Assembly: GCA_026710865.1 (NCBI GenBank)
Contig: JAPOQG010000204.1
Coordinates: 9,318 to 73,317, forward strand
Direction: 5' to 3'
DNA from: Acidimicrobiaceae bacterium
GTDB taxonomy: Bacteria > Actinomycetota > Acidimicrobiia > Acidimicrobiales > Aldehydirespiratoraceae
DNA length: 64,000 nt
The position numbers and the translations under genes were made by a program. Below, piece after piece: positions 44,032-52,458 of the stretch (position 1 is its first letter; every line of letters starts with the position of its first letter). The notes under the pieces were generated by a model. That model ran no database searches, was not told where the DNA came from, and worked only from the letters and a program-made list of their open reading frames with translations.

Positions 44032-44046
44032 GCTGGCTGGCCTCCG

Positions 44047-44826
44047 ATGCGATACGGCCGAATTTCCCTCGACGGTGAGCCCCGCTGGGTCGAAGTGGGC
44101 GACGAAGCTGTCCATGTGCTGCGGGACTCTCCGCTCGAGGGCGATCCCGTGATCGAACGTTCCGTGCCTCTCGAGGGCGCTGCCTTCCTGCCGCCGGTGG
44201 TGCCGTTCGTGTTCTACGCGGTGGGCCTGAACTACCGCAGCCACATCGAGCATCAACGGGCCGCGGGGCGTGACGTTGCCGTCCCCGAGCGCCCCGAGGT
44301 CGGCTACCGGGCCAACAACGCTCTGATCGGGCACGGTGAGACGATTCTCGTGCCCCCGGGCGTCACCGGCCGCTTCGAGGCGGAGGGCGAGGTGGTGGCG
44401 GTCATCGGCCGCCGGGTCCGCAACGCGTCGCGGGCCGAGGCCCAGGAGTCCGTGTTCGGCTGGACGATCGGCAACGACGTGAGCGCCCGCGAGTGGCAAC
44501 GCGCCGACCGGTCGTTCTGGCGCAGCAAGAACAGCGACACGTTCAAGCCGATGGGGCCGTGGATCGAGACCGATGTCGACCCGATGGCCCAGACCACCTA
44601 CGTGCGGGTGGACGGCGAGACCCGGGCCGAGTTCGCCACCGGCGGCATGGTCTTCGACCCGTGGGACTTCATCGTCGAGGCGTCCCGCTACATCACCTTC
44701 CATCCCGGCGACGTGCTGTGGATGGGAGCGGACTCGAACTGCCAGATCGGGCCGGGCGATGTCGTCGACATCGAGGTCACCGGCATCGGCGTGCTCTCGA
44801 ACCCGGTGCGGCTCGACACTCGTTGA
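44047..44826 (+). CDS. fumarylacetoacetate hydrolase (FAH) family protein
   Basis: 259 aa. ..NY..H..E.........P..P..F.K......G....I..P......ELE.E...VIG, and W...K..D.F.P.GPW. Confidence 0.85.
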   Translation: MRYGRISLDGEPRWVEVGDEAVHVLRDSPLEGDPVIERSVPLEGAAFLPPVVPFVFYAVGLNYRSHIEHQRAAGRDVAVPERPEVGYRANNALIGHGETILVPPGVTGRFEAEGEVVAVIGRRVRNASRAEAQESVFGWTIGNDVSAREWQRADRSFWRSKNSDTFKPMGPWIETDVDPMAQTTYVRVDGETRAEFATGGMVFDPWDFIVEASRYITFHPGDVLWMGADSNCQIGPGDVVDIEVTGIGVLSNPVRLDTR

Positions 44827-44848
44827 GGCCTGGCCGCGCCTTCTTCGT

Positions 44849-45511
44849 TCAGGGGGTTCGGTGGGAGATCACCGACAGGCCGTCGCCCACCGGCAACAGG
44901 GCCACGAGCACCCGCTCGTCGGCGGCCACGCGGGCGTTGAAGGCTCGCAGCTGCTCGGTGGTGGAGTCGGTCTGGGCAGGGTTGGCGACGTGGCCGTCCC
45001 ACAGCGTGTTGTCCACCAGGATCACGCCCCGCGCCGACAGCCGGGACACCAGCTCCTCGTAGTAGGCGATGTAGGACCCCTTGTCGGCGTCGATGAAGGC
45101 GAGGTCGACAGCGGGCTCGGAGGGCAGGGAGCGCAGCGTGTCGAGCGCAGGCCCGATGCGCAGGTCGATGCGATCGGCCACGCCGGCGCGTTCCCAGTGC
45201 TCGCGGGCGATGGCCGTCCACTCCTCGGAGATGTCACAGCACAGCAGCCGGCCGTCCGGCGGGAGCCCCCTGGCCACCGCCAGAGCCGAGTAGCCCGTGA
45301 ACGTGCCCACCTCCACTGCGAAGCGCGGCTGGAGCAAAGTGGTGAGCAGGGTCATGAGGGCGCCCTGGGCAGGGCTGATCTGCATGATGCTCGCATCACC
45401 GAGAGCGGCCGTGGCCTCGATCAGTTCCCGCTGCACCTCGCCGGGGGCGGTGCAGTGGGCCTCGATGTAGGCGGCGAGAGCATCGTCGAGGAACACCGAA
45501 CGGGAACTCAT
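44849..45511 (-). CDS. class I SAM-dependent O-methyltransferase (caffeoyl-CoA OMT-like)
   Basis: 220 aa. ..MQISP.QG.LM..L......R..VE.GTFTGYSAL..A..LP.DG.L...D.......A...W..AGV...I.L..GPA..TL, FIDADK..Y..YYE. Confidence 0.85.
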   Translation of the reverse strand: MSSRSVFLDDALAAYIEAHCTAPGEVQRELIEATAALGDASIMQISPAQGALMTLLTTLLQPRFAVEVGTFTGYSALAVARGLPPDGRLLCCDISEEWTAIAREHWERAGVADRIDLRIGPALDTLRSLPSEPAVDLAFIDADKGSYIAYYEELVSRLSARGVILVDNTLWDGHVANPAQTDSTTEQLRAFNARVAADERVLVALLPVGDGLSVISHRTP

Positions 45512-45523
45512 GGTCTGCCGATG

Positions 45524-45709
45524 CTAACGACGAATCCGCTTCGGCGGCATCGGGACGAAGGCGCTGGTGCGGGCCGCGTGCTCCGCATGGCCGGGGCGCC
45601 GCTTGCCGATGCTGCGCTCCAGCACGGCCACCCCCGGCACCCGCAGCGCCAGGATGGTCATCCTCGGCACCTGCAGCGCCAGGATGGTCATCAACAGCGG
45701 TCCGGCCAC
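45524..45709 (-). CDS. 61-codon high-GC3 ORF: a small hydrophobic/basic protein, or a relic of a truncated gene
   Basis: GTG at 45709. Third-codon positions are almost all G/C, unlike the other five frames. Contains an in-frame 10-aa duplication (MTILALQVPR / MTILALRVPG). No family recognised. Confidence 0.35.
   Translation of the reverse strand: MAGPLLMTILALQVPRMTILALRVPGVAVLERSIGKRRPGHAEHAARTSAFVPMPPKRIRR
45635..45694. repeat. 2 x 30-bp tandem duplication
   Basis: CGGCACCCGCAGCGCCAGGATGGTCATCCT (45635-45664) against CGGCACCTGCAGCGCCAGGATGGTCATCAA (45665-45694). Confidence 0.9.
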
Positions 45710-45773
45710 GGTCCACCATGCGCCGGCAGACGTGCGGACCAGTGGCTGAGAGTGTGCCTCGCAGGCTGGAACT

Positions 45774-46211
45774 TCACTGGTCGCGAACGGGATTGAACCA
45801 CGTGAGGCCCTCGAATCGGGCGAAGCCGGCGTCGGCGGTGGCGACTCGGGCGCCGGAGGTGACGGCCAGCGCGGCGATCCACGCGTCGGGCACGAGGTTG
45901 CCGACCAGGCAGGAGTCGTTGCCGATGAACCAGGCGAGCCGCCGCCACGCTGCGCCGGTCGGGCTCAGGGCGCGGCTGACGGGCGACGCCCGCAGCGCCT
46001 CCACGAACGACAGAGCGGTGCGCGCCGGCGCGGGGTCGCTGAAGATCCTGCGGTTGGTGACGACGCGGAGGAAGCCGGTGAGCACGACGTCCGGGAGCAG
46101 CATCGGCTCGGAGCCTGCCAGGACCGAATCAAGCCAGTCGGCGTAGCGCTCGTGGTCCGGGGTGTCCCGATGGAAGGCGTAGACGAGCGCGTTGACATCG
46201 GGCAGGATCAT
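45774..46211 (-). CDS. vapC: type II toxin-antitoxin system toxin, PIN-domain VapC
   Basis: 145 aa. MILPDVNALVYA......H......WL........L....V..GFLR..T......P......A..F.......P, D.WIAALA. ATGA overlap with the upstream antitoxin. Confidence 0.85.
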   Translation of the reverse strand: MILPDVNALVYAFHRDTPDHERYADWLDSVLAGSEPMLLPDVVLTGFLRVVTNRRIFSDPAPARTALSFVEALRASPVSRALSPTGAAWRRLAWFIGNDSCLVGNLVPDAWIAALAVTSGARVATADAGFARFEGLTWFNPVRDQ

Positions 46212-46462
46212 CGAATGCCGTCAGCGTCGAGTGCCTCGCCCACGGCCCCCTTGTCCGTGGGGTCCACGAGCAGGCGTCCGCCGGCGCCGCCGTGGCGGGG
46301 CAGCTCGCCGGGCGGGGCGCCTTCGACGGGGTTGCGCAACACGAGGTGCAGACCCTCCACGACCAGTGCCGTGAAGGTGCACCCGCGCTGCGCTGCATGC
46401 CGCTTGACCTCCTCGCCGAGGCCTTCAGGCAGATTGATGGTTGTCCGCATATGCCTAAGCAT
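46208..46462 (-). CDS. vapB: VapB-type antitoxin
   Basis: MRTTINLPEGLGEEVKRHAAQRGCTFTALVVEGL is typical of an RHH/VapB antitoxin. The start is either ATG 46462 or ATG 46450. The rest of ORF 46208-46636 is upstream read-through. Confidence 0.7.
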   Translation of the reverse strand: MLRHMRTTINLPEGLGEEVKRHAAQRGCTFTALVVEGLHLVLRNPVEGAPPGELPRHGGAGGRLLVDPTDKGAVGEALDADGIR

Positions 46463-46580
46463 ATCATCGGTCTCTGGCCCGGGGTTGTGCTTGCAAACAA
46501 CACCGCATATATTCAAAGTAGACCTGTATCGCGGCCTTTCGTCTGGGCGCCAAGTATCGGCTCGACTAGGAGAAGCCAGC

Positions 46581-46949
46581 ATGGCGCCGCTGTTGATAAT
46601 CGCTGGGTACGCGTTCTTCGGAATGGCAATGTTCAACCTGGGGCTGCTCGTCCCCTTCCTGAGGAACCGGTGGTACTACCGCCGCCTCAGACGCGAGCGG
46701 GCCGGCCGAGGCGCCGGCAGGACCATCACCAAGGACGACATACGCGAGGAGCTGTGCCGTGACCCCGTGGCCATGGACATGTTCATGGACGACAGGACGC
46801 CCGACGACGTCCAGCGCTACCTGTACCTGGAGGCCGAGCGCCGGGCGATCATGCGCAAGCGCCAGCAGCTCGCCGACAACGAGAACGACTTCTTCGCCCC
46901 GCCCCGGCGCCCCGGGCCCGACCCGGGCTTCAGCGGCTGCCGCAGCTAG
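46581..46949 (+). CDS. hypothetical small membrane protein
   Basis: ATG at 46581 with RBS AGGAGAAG. 122 aa with one N-terminal TM helix followed by a charged region. No family recognised. Confidence 0.5.
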   Translation: MAPLLIIAGYAFFGMAMFNLGLLVPFLRNRWYYRRLRRERAGRGAGRTITKDDIREELCRDPVAMDMFMDDRTPDDVQRYLYLEAERRAIMRKRQQLADNENDFFAPPRRPGPDPGFSGCRS

Positions 46950-47001
46950 CCGGCCCGGGCCCCGCCCGCGGCGGCCCGGCGCGCCGTAGCATCGGGCCGC
47001 G

Positions 47002-47955
47002 ATGGCTGCGATCACACCGACGGGCGGATGGACCCACGGCGTCGCGCTGCCCGTCCACACGCTCACCGCCACCCTGGCGGACCCCTGGGAGCACACCGCC
47101 ACCGTCGACGACCTGGTGCGGGTCGCCCGCAGGGCCGAGGCCACCGGGCACCACTTCGTGGGCGTGACCGACCACGTCGCCATACCCGACAACGAGTACG
47201 CGGCCCACATGAGCACCGTCTGGTACGACACGGTGGCCACGCTGGCCTACCTGGCCGCCTGCACCGAGACGGTCAACCTGGCGTCGGTGGTGTGGATCGC
47301 CGCCTACCGCCACCCGCTCCAGACCGCCAAGTCGTTCGCCACCCTAGACCACCTGTCGGGGGGCAGAGCCATCCTCGGCGTGGGTGCGGGGCATGTGGAG
47401 GCCGAGTTCGACGCGCTCGGCGTGGACTTCGAGGTCCGGGGCAGGCTGCTCGACGAGACGCTGGAAGCGGTCCGGGGCGCCTTCGACAGCCGCTATGTGA
47501 GCCACACGGGTGAGGCGTTCAGCTATCACGACATGGGTGTGGGCCCCGCCCCGGTGCGGGAGCTTCCCGTCTGGGTGGGAGGCAGCGGCCGGGCCGCCTG
47601 GCGGCGCGCCGGACGCCTGGGCGACGGGTACGTGCCGATGGGCAACCCGGTGTCGCAGTACGGCGAGATCATCGACGCCATGAACTCCGCCGCGGCCGCA
47701 GCCGGGCGTGACGGTGCCCGCTTCGACGTGGGGTTCATGCCGCCGTGGTGCTATCTGCTGGCCGACGCCGCCCCCGAGGGCCTTCCGCCGGTGATGGCGT
47801 GCGGCGCCGAGCCCCTGGCCGCCAGCATCCGGGCCGGGCGAGAGGCCGGGGCCAACACCTTCCATCTCAAGTTCCGGGCCCGCACCCTCGAGGAGTACCT
47901 GGAGCAGTTCGACGTCTTCGCCGAGTCCGTCGTCCCCCTGGTGAACGAGCCCTGA
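47002..47955 (+). CDS. LLM class F420-dependent oxidoreductase
   Basis: 317 aa. ..HH.VGVTDHV..P........M...WYD...TLAYLAA.TE.V.L.S.V...AYRHPL..AK..ATLD.LSGGR.ILGVGAGH...EF..LG. Confidence 0.85.
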   Translation: MAAITPTGGWTHGVALPVHTLTATLADPWEHTATVDDLVRVARRAEATGHHFVGVTDHVAIPDNEYAAHMSTVWYDTVATLAYLAACTETVNLASVVWIAAYRHPLQTAKSFATLDHLSGGRAILGVGAGHVEAEFDALGVDFEVRGRLLDETLEAVRGAFDSRYVSHTGEAFSYHDMGVGPAPVRELPVWVGGSGRAAWRRAGRLGDGYVPMGNPVSQYGEIIDAMNSAAAAAGRDGARFDVGFMPPWCYLLADAAPEGLPPVMACGAEPLAASIRAGREAGANTFHLKFRARTLEEYLEQFDVFAESVVPLVNEP

Positions 47956-48005
47956 CCCCTCGCCCGGTCTGGACGGTTAGTTCCAAGGGAATAGGAAGAG
48001 CATCG

Positions 48006-49151
48006 TCATCCGCTGCAAGCGGCTCGCCGCAACTCGGGCCACCAGCCGACCATCTTGCTGCATATGTCCGCGTAAAGGCGCTCGGTCGCGCCAGCTCCGA
48101 AGGCGGCCTCTGGCGCGACATCGAACGCGTGGTGCAGCAGTGTGGGAGTGTCCGTCTCGATCATCAGGTCGATGACCAGCGGGTTGGGCGAGACACCTGC
48201 GGTCTGATCGGTGTCGAACACGAGAATCCAGGCCGTAGCCTCCTCGGTCAGCCCGACGCCGTCCGGTCGAGGCAGTGATCGAAGTGTCCGATCACGAGGG
48301 TCAACCTGTAGCTGCGGTCCCCCGAGATGTGGCTGCCAGGAGTTCCAAACCGCACGCGGAAGCGCCAACACGGTTCCTGCGCAGTTCGCGTGGAGGCCCA
48401 GCTGAAACTTGAAGATCATCTGGTAGAAGGTTCGCTTGAACGTGTCGGCGATGCTCGGCCCTTGGATTTCCCTCCCGGCCCACTCGGGGTTCTCGCCGAC
48501 CTGGTCGGCGAATCCTGACTGATGCAGGTCGAGCGCGTTACGCAGCGCCGTCGTCGCCTGGCCGTACGACCCGTGGAACTCCATCGTCTGCACTTCCACG
48601 ATGGCGTACCGACCGATCTCGGGATCGCCCGAACCCGGCAGCAGCTCAACCATCGTGATGTCGAACGAGAACTCTGGCGACCGGTCGGTCGGGCTCAACG
48701 AGATCTCTCCGCCAAGGCGAGCACGGAAGTAGGCGAACGCCGGCGCTCCGGCGGCGAGCGCCGCTCGAATGCGCGACCGCGTCGCCGGTTCGTCAAGCGT
48801 CACTGCGGCGACGATCAGCGCGTCAGCATCGACGGCACCATCGAACAGGTGACGCGCAACCTCGTTGAGCAACCCGTGGTCGAGTGTGCGGTACGGGCAG
48901 ACCAGCCAGTCGATCGAGCCTTCGTCCACGCCATACCGCCGCGCGTCCTTGCTGGTGATCGTGCATACGCCTTGGGAAGGTGTCGCCTTGATGCACGCCT
49001 GGGCTTCACCGACTGCGTCGGTCAGGAACGGACACAGATGAGTCCGCATCGCCTCCAGGGACGCGTCGCCGAGTTGCACTTCGGGGTAGATGCGCTGCCC
49101 GAACCACTCTCCCACGTAGTGGTTCGGCTGACGCGAGCTACGTCGAGGCAT
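48006..49151 (-). CDS. NotI-family type II restriction endonuclease
   Basis: ATG at 49151, 381 aa. Blocks EWFGQRIYPEV, CPFLT, DWLVCPYR, SPEFSFD, VEVQTMEFHGSY and FKRTFYQM match, from memory, the conserved blocks and N-terminal Cys cluster of NotI. A 14-bp overlap with the upstream methylase. Lower GC. Confidence 0.75.
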   Translation of the reverse strand: MPRRSSRQPNHYVGEWFGQRIYPEVQLGDASLEAMRTHLCPFLTDAVGEAQACIKATPSQGVCTITSKDARRYGVDEGSIDWLVCPYRTLDHGLLNEVARHLFDGAVDADALIVAAVTLDEPATRSRIRAALAAGAPAFAYFRARLGGEISLSPTDRSPEFSFDITMVELLPGSGDPEIGRYAIVEVQTMEFHGSYGQATTALRNALDLHQSGFADQVGENPEWAGREIQGPSIADTFKRTFYQMIFKFQLGLHANCAGTVLALPRAVWNSWQPHLGGPQLQVDPRDRTLRSLPRPDGVGLTEEATAWILVFDTDQTAGVSPNPLVIDLMIETDTPTLLHHAFDVAPEAAFGAGATERLYADICSKMVGWWPELRRAACSG

Positions 49152-50196
49152 CAGGTCGAGCGCTGGTCGGCGACCGCCAGGCTGTGCGCCCGTCTGGCGA
49201 GATCCCTGTCGCCGCCCACAGCGTCGAAGTCGAGCGCTGGTCGGCGGCCGCCAGATCCTGCCTGGCAACTTCTGCGAAGGACTCAGCCATCTCAAAGCCG
49301 ATAGCGGTGCGCCCATGCTCGGCGGCGACCGTGAGCGCGCGTCCGGTGCCGCAGAACGGGTCGAGGACCACACCGCCGACCGGCGACGACGACAGGATGC
49401 GGGGTCGGATCAGGTCTGGCGGGAACGTCGCCGAGTGTCCGTGCGCACCTGAGCGAGCGTTGACTGTCACCACGTCGCGGCCACCGGGTTCGGCTTCGTC
49501 CAAGTCGTAGAAGTAGGTGGCCCGACCCTCCTTCGGCCGGTGCACGAAGTGGAACAGGTGCTCGTGGGCCAGCCGCAGGCGATCCTTCTCGGGGCGGGGC
49601 GGAACGTTCGGTTTCGACCAGATGAGATCGTTCCGCAGAATCCAGCCACCGTCCTGCATCAAGATCGCGAACCGTGCGGGCACCATCAGCAGCTGCTTCT
49701 CCTGCCGGTAGCCCCCCATCGGCGTTCGCCGTCTGACCCGGCGTGTGTCGCCGAGACCTTGCCGCCCCTCGGGGCGGATGCTCGCCCAACGCGCGAAGTA
49801 GGTGTCGCCGATGTTGACCCATACGCTCCCGCCGGGCTTGAGGACAGTGCGTGCTCGGTCGAACCACTCGACCAGGTGGGCCACGTACCAGTCGGGCGTC
49901 GGCTCCAGGCCCAACATGCCGCCGTTCGCTCGATACCAGTCGTACGGCGGGGCATCATCGAGCGACTCGCCCTCGCGGCGCCATGCATCCTGAATCGCCC
50001 AGTTGTGATCCTCCTGCCCCTCATAGACGCGTTGGCACCAATACGGCGGGCTCGTCACGATCAAGTCCACGGACGACTCAGGGAGCTTCTCGATCAGATC
50101 GAACGCGTCGCCGCAGTAGACAGCCGATTCTCGGGGTGCCGACGTGTCTGCGGATCGACCACTCATGCGACCCACAATAGAGTCGGGGTGTGACAC
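49138..50196 (-). CDS. DNA methyltransferase, beta class (N4-cytosine or N6-adenine), SPPY type
   Basis: 352 aa. Catalytic VDLIVTSPPYW (about 50041-50070) precedes the AdoMet motif VLDPFCGTGRAL, which is the beta-class order. SPPY favours m4C. Confidence 0.85.
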   Translation of the reverse strand: MSHPDSIVGRMSGRSADTSAPRESAVYCGDAFDLIEKLPESSVDLIVTSPPYWCQRVYEGQEDHNWAIQDAWRREGESLDDAPPYDWYRANGGMLGLEPTPDWYVAHLVEWFDRARTVLKPGGSVWVNIGDTYFARWASIRPEGRQGLGDTRRVRRRTPMGGYRQEKQLLMVPARFAILMQDGGWILRNDLIWSKPNVPPRPEKDRLRLAHEHLFHFVHRPKEGRATYFYDLDEAEPGGRDVVTVNARSGAHGHSATFPPDLIRPRILSSSPVGGVVLDPFCGTGRALTVAAEHGRTAIGFEMAESFAEVARQDLAAADQRSTSTLWAATGISPDGRTAWRSPTSARPDAST

Positions 50197-50259
50197 AGTA
50201 GCGGACGGGTGTCGTCCAGCGGCCCGGCTGGGACGAGGCTCTTCGTTTGGGCGCGGGCG

Positions 50260-51879
50260 CTAGTTGATGCGGCGGTCGCGGCCGGCCCAGAGCCGGTCGC
50301 GCAGGGCGAACTTCTGGATCTTGCCGGTGGCCGTCTTGGGCAAGTCGCCGAAGGTGACCGACTTGGGGGCCTTGAAGCGGGCGATGCGGGACTTCACGTG
50401 CTCCACCAGGTCGGCCTCGGTCACCGCCGAGCCCGGTCGCAGCACCACGAACGCGGCCGGCACCTCGCCCCAGGTGTCGTCGGGCGCGGCCACCACCGCG
50501 CACTCCACCATGTCGGGATGCGACGCCAGCGCCTGCTCCACCTCGATCGAGGCGATGTTCTCGCCGCCGGAGATGATCACGTCCTTGGCCCGGTCGCGCA
50601 CCTCGACGTAGCCGTGGTCGTGCATCACCGCCATATCGCCGGTGCGGAACCAGGTGCCGCCGGGACCCTCCACCGAGGCGGCCGCGGTGGCGTCGGGATC
50701 CTTGTAGTAGCCGAGCATCACGTTGTTGCCCCTGATGGCGATCTCGCCCTGGGTGTTGCCGTCGGCGGGCACGTCGGCCCCGTCGGCGTCGACCACACGC
50801 ACTGAGGACGTCACCAGCGTCCCCACCCCCTGGCGGGCCTTGATACGGGCCTGCTCGCCGGCCGGAAGGCCGTCCCACTCGCGGCGCCAGTCGCAGATCA
50901 GCGACGGCCCGTAAGTCTCGGTCAGCCCGTATAGGTGGGTGACATCGATGTTGAGTTCGGCCAGTCGGGCCAGCAGCGTCGGCGACGGCGGCGCGCCCCC
51001 GGTGGCCACCTTCACCGTCCGGGGGGCCGGCGCGGCGTCCGGGTGGTTGACGAGGCCGATCAGCACGGTGGGGGCTGCGTTGAAGTGGGTCACGCCGTCG
51101 TCGCGGATATGGCGCCACACGGTGCCCGGGTCCGGGGTGCGCAGCATCAGGTGGGAGCCGCCCACCGCAGTGACCGCCCACGGGAAGCACCAGCCGTTGC
51201 AGTGGAACATCGGCAGCGTCCACAGGAAGGCGGTGTCGCTGTCGAGGCCGCACTGGGCGGCCATGGCCAGGGCGTTGAGGTTGGCGCCCCGGTGCGAGTA
51301 CATGACTCCCTTGGGGTTGCCGGTCGTGCCCGAGGTGTAGTTCAGGCTGAGCACGGCGTGCTCGTCGGCGACCTCGGCCCGGTGGGGCCCGGCCGCGGCC
51401 AGCAGGGCCTCGTACTGGCAGCCGGAGGCGCCTGAGACGCCGGCGTCGCTCGACACCACCAGCCGCAACCCCGGCACTTGCTGCTGGACCGATCGGGCCA
51501 CATCGGCGAGGGCATGGTCCGCGAACAGCACCCTCGATCCGGCGTGGGCCACGATCCAGGCCAACTCGCCGGCCGCCAGCCTGGAGTTGAGGGCGTTGAA
51601 CACCACCCCGGCCATAGGAAACCCGAACGCCGCCTCCAGGGCCATCGACACGTTGGGGGCCAGCACCGATACCGCGTCGCCGGGCTCGAGACCCAGCTGG
51701 AGCGTGGCTCCGGCCAGGCGTTCGCAGCGCTCGGCGAGCTCCTCGTAGCTGCGCGTAAGCGGCCCGTCGATCACTGCGGGGCGGTCACCGTGCACCACCC
51801 GGGCCCGGTCGAGGAACGAAGCCGGCGTGAGCGGCACCGGCACGAACGGCGACGTTGCGGGGTCTCGACCCGAGGCCAT
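50260..51879 (-). CDS. AMP-dependent acyl-CoA synthetase/ligase
   Basis: ATG at 51879. LNYTSGTTGNPKGVMYSHRG (the AMP-binding motif), YGLTETYG, TGD......DGY..V.DR.KD.I.SGGENI. Confidence 0.85.
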   Translation of the reverse strand: MASGRDPATSPFVPVPLTPASFLDRARVVHGDRPAVIDGPLTRSYEELAERCERLAGATLQLGLEPGDAVSVLAPNVSMALEAAFGFPMAGVVFNALNSRLAAGELAWIVAHAGSRVLFADHALADVARSVQQQVPGLRLVVSSDAGVSGASGCQYEALLAAAGPHRAEVADEHAVLSLNYTSGTTGNPKGVMYSHRGANLNALAMAAQCGLDSDTAFLWTLPMFHCNGWCFPWAVTAVGGSHLMLRTPDPGTVWRHIRDDGVTHFNAAPTVLIGLVNHPDAAPAPRTVKVATGGAPPSPTLLARLAELNIDVTHLYGLTETYGPSLICDWRREWDGLPAGEQARIKARQGVGTLVTSSVRVVDADGADVPADGNTQGEIAIRGNNVMLGYYKDPDATAAASVEGPGGTWFRTGDMAVMHDHGYVEVRDRAKDVIISGGENIASIEVEQALASHPDMVECAVVAAPDDTWGEVPAAFVVLRPGSAVTEADLVEHVKSRIARFKAPKSVTFGDLPKTATGKIQKFALRDRLWAGRDRRIN

Positions 51880-52021
51880 GGAAGCCAACGCTATGTGACG
51901 AATATCACGAATGCGACGAGCCCTGGCGGCCATATGTTCAACGACAGGACAGTGGAACGAGACGAGTGAATCGGCTCATGGCAAGTCCGGTCGAAGAGCA
52001 AGGAGAAGAGGAGAAGAGGAA

Positions 52022-52381
52022 ATGACATACACCCTGATCGCCGTCGTGGTGTTCCTGGCGCTGTCCGCAGTGGGCGCAGCGGCGCGGATCACCGCCCACT
52101 ACCGCCACGGAGCGCACGGTCGCCCCGACCTCGAAGCGGGCCACACACGAGTCTTCAGCCCGGCCGAGGCCCGTTCTCGTGCCCGGCATCCCTCGATGAT
52201 GGCTGAGGTCGATGCCTCCGGCTCGCGGGCCCGCACCAAGACCCGCCCGGCCACGCTGAGGCCCGTCTTCCACATCGGGGCGACACCGGCCCCCGAGCGG
52301 GTCAGCCCGTGGCCCTCCGACGAGCACATCCGCGAGGAGTTCGGCCTGGACAGCGCCGACCATCGAGGCCGAGCCGCCTAG
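52022..52381 (+). CDS. hypothetical single-pass membrane protein
   Basis: ATG at 52022 after GGAGAAGAGGAGAAGAGGAA. 119 aa with high GC3 and an N-terminal TM helix (TLIAVVVFLALSAVGAAA). Confidence 0.55.
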   Translation: MTYTLIAVVVFLALSAVGAAARITAHYRHGAHGRPDLEAGHTRVFSPAEARSRARHPSMMAEVDASGSRARTKTRPATLRPVFHIGATPAPERVSPWPSDEHIREEFGLDSADHRGRAA

Positions 52382-52403
52382 AGCGCCCATTCGCCCCCCC
52401 AAG

Positions 52404-52458
52404 CCCGAAATCCCTGTAGCCAGTGACCTGTAGAGTCCTCAGCTACAGGGATTTCGGG
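52404..52458. terminator. bidirectional hairpin between convergent genes
   Basis: A perfect 17-bp stem, CCCGAAATCCCTGTAGC (52404-52420) with GCTACAGGGATTTCGGG (52442-52458), and a 21-nt loop. The right arm encodes the last codons and stop of the ligase gene. Confidence 0.6.
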
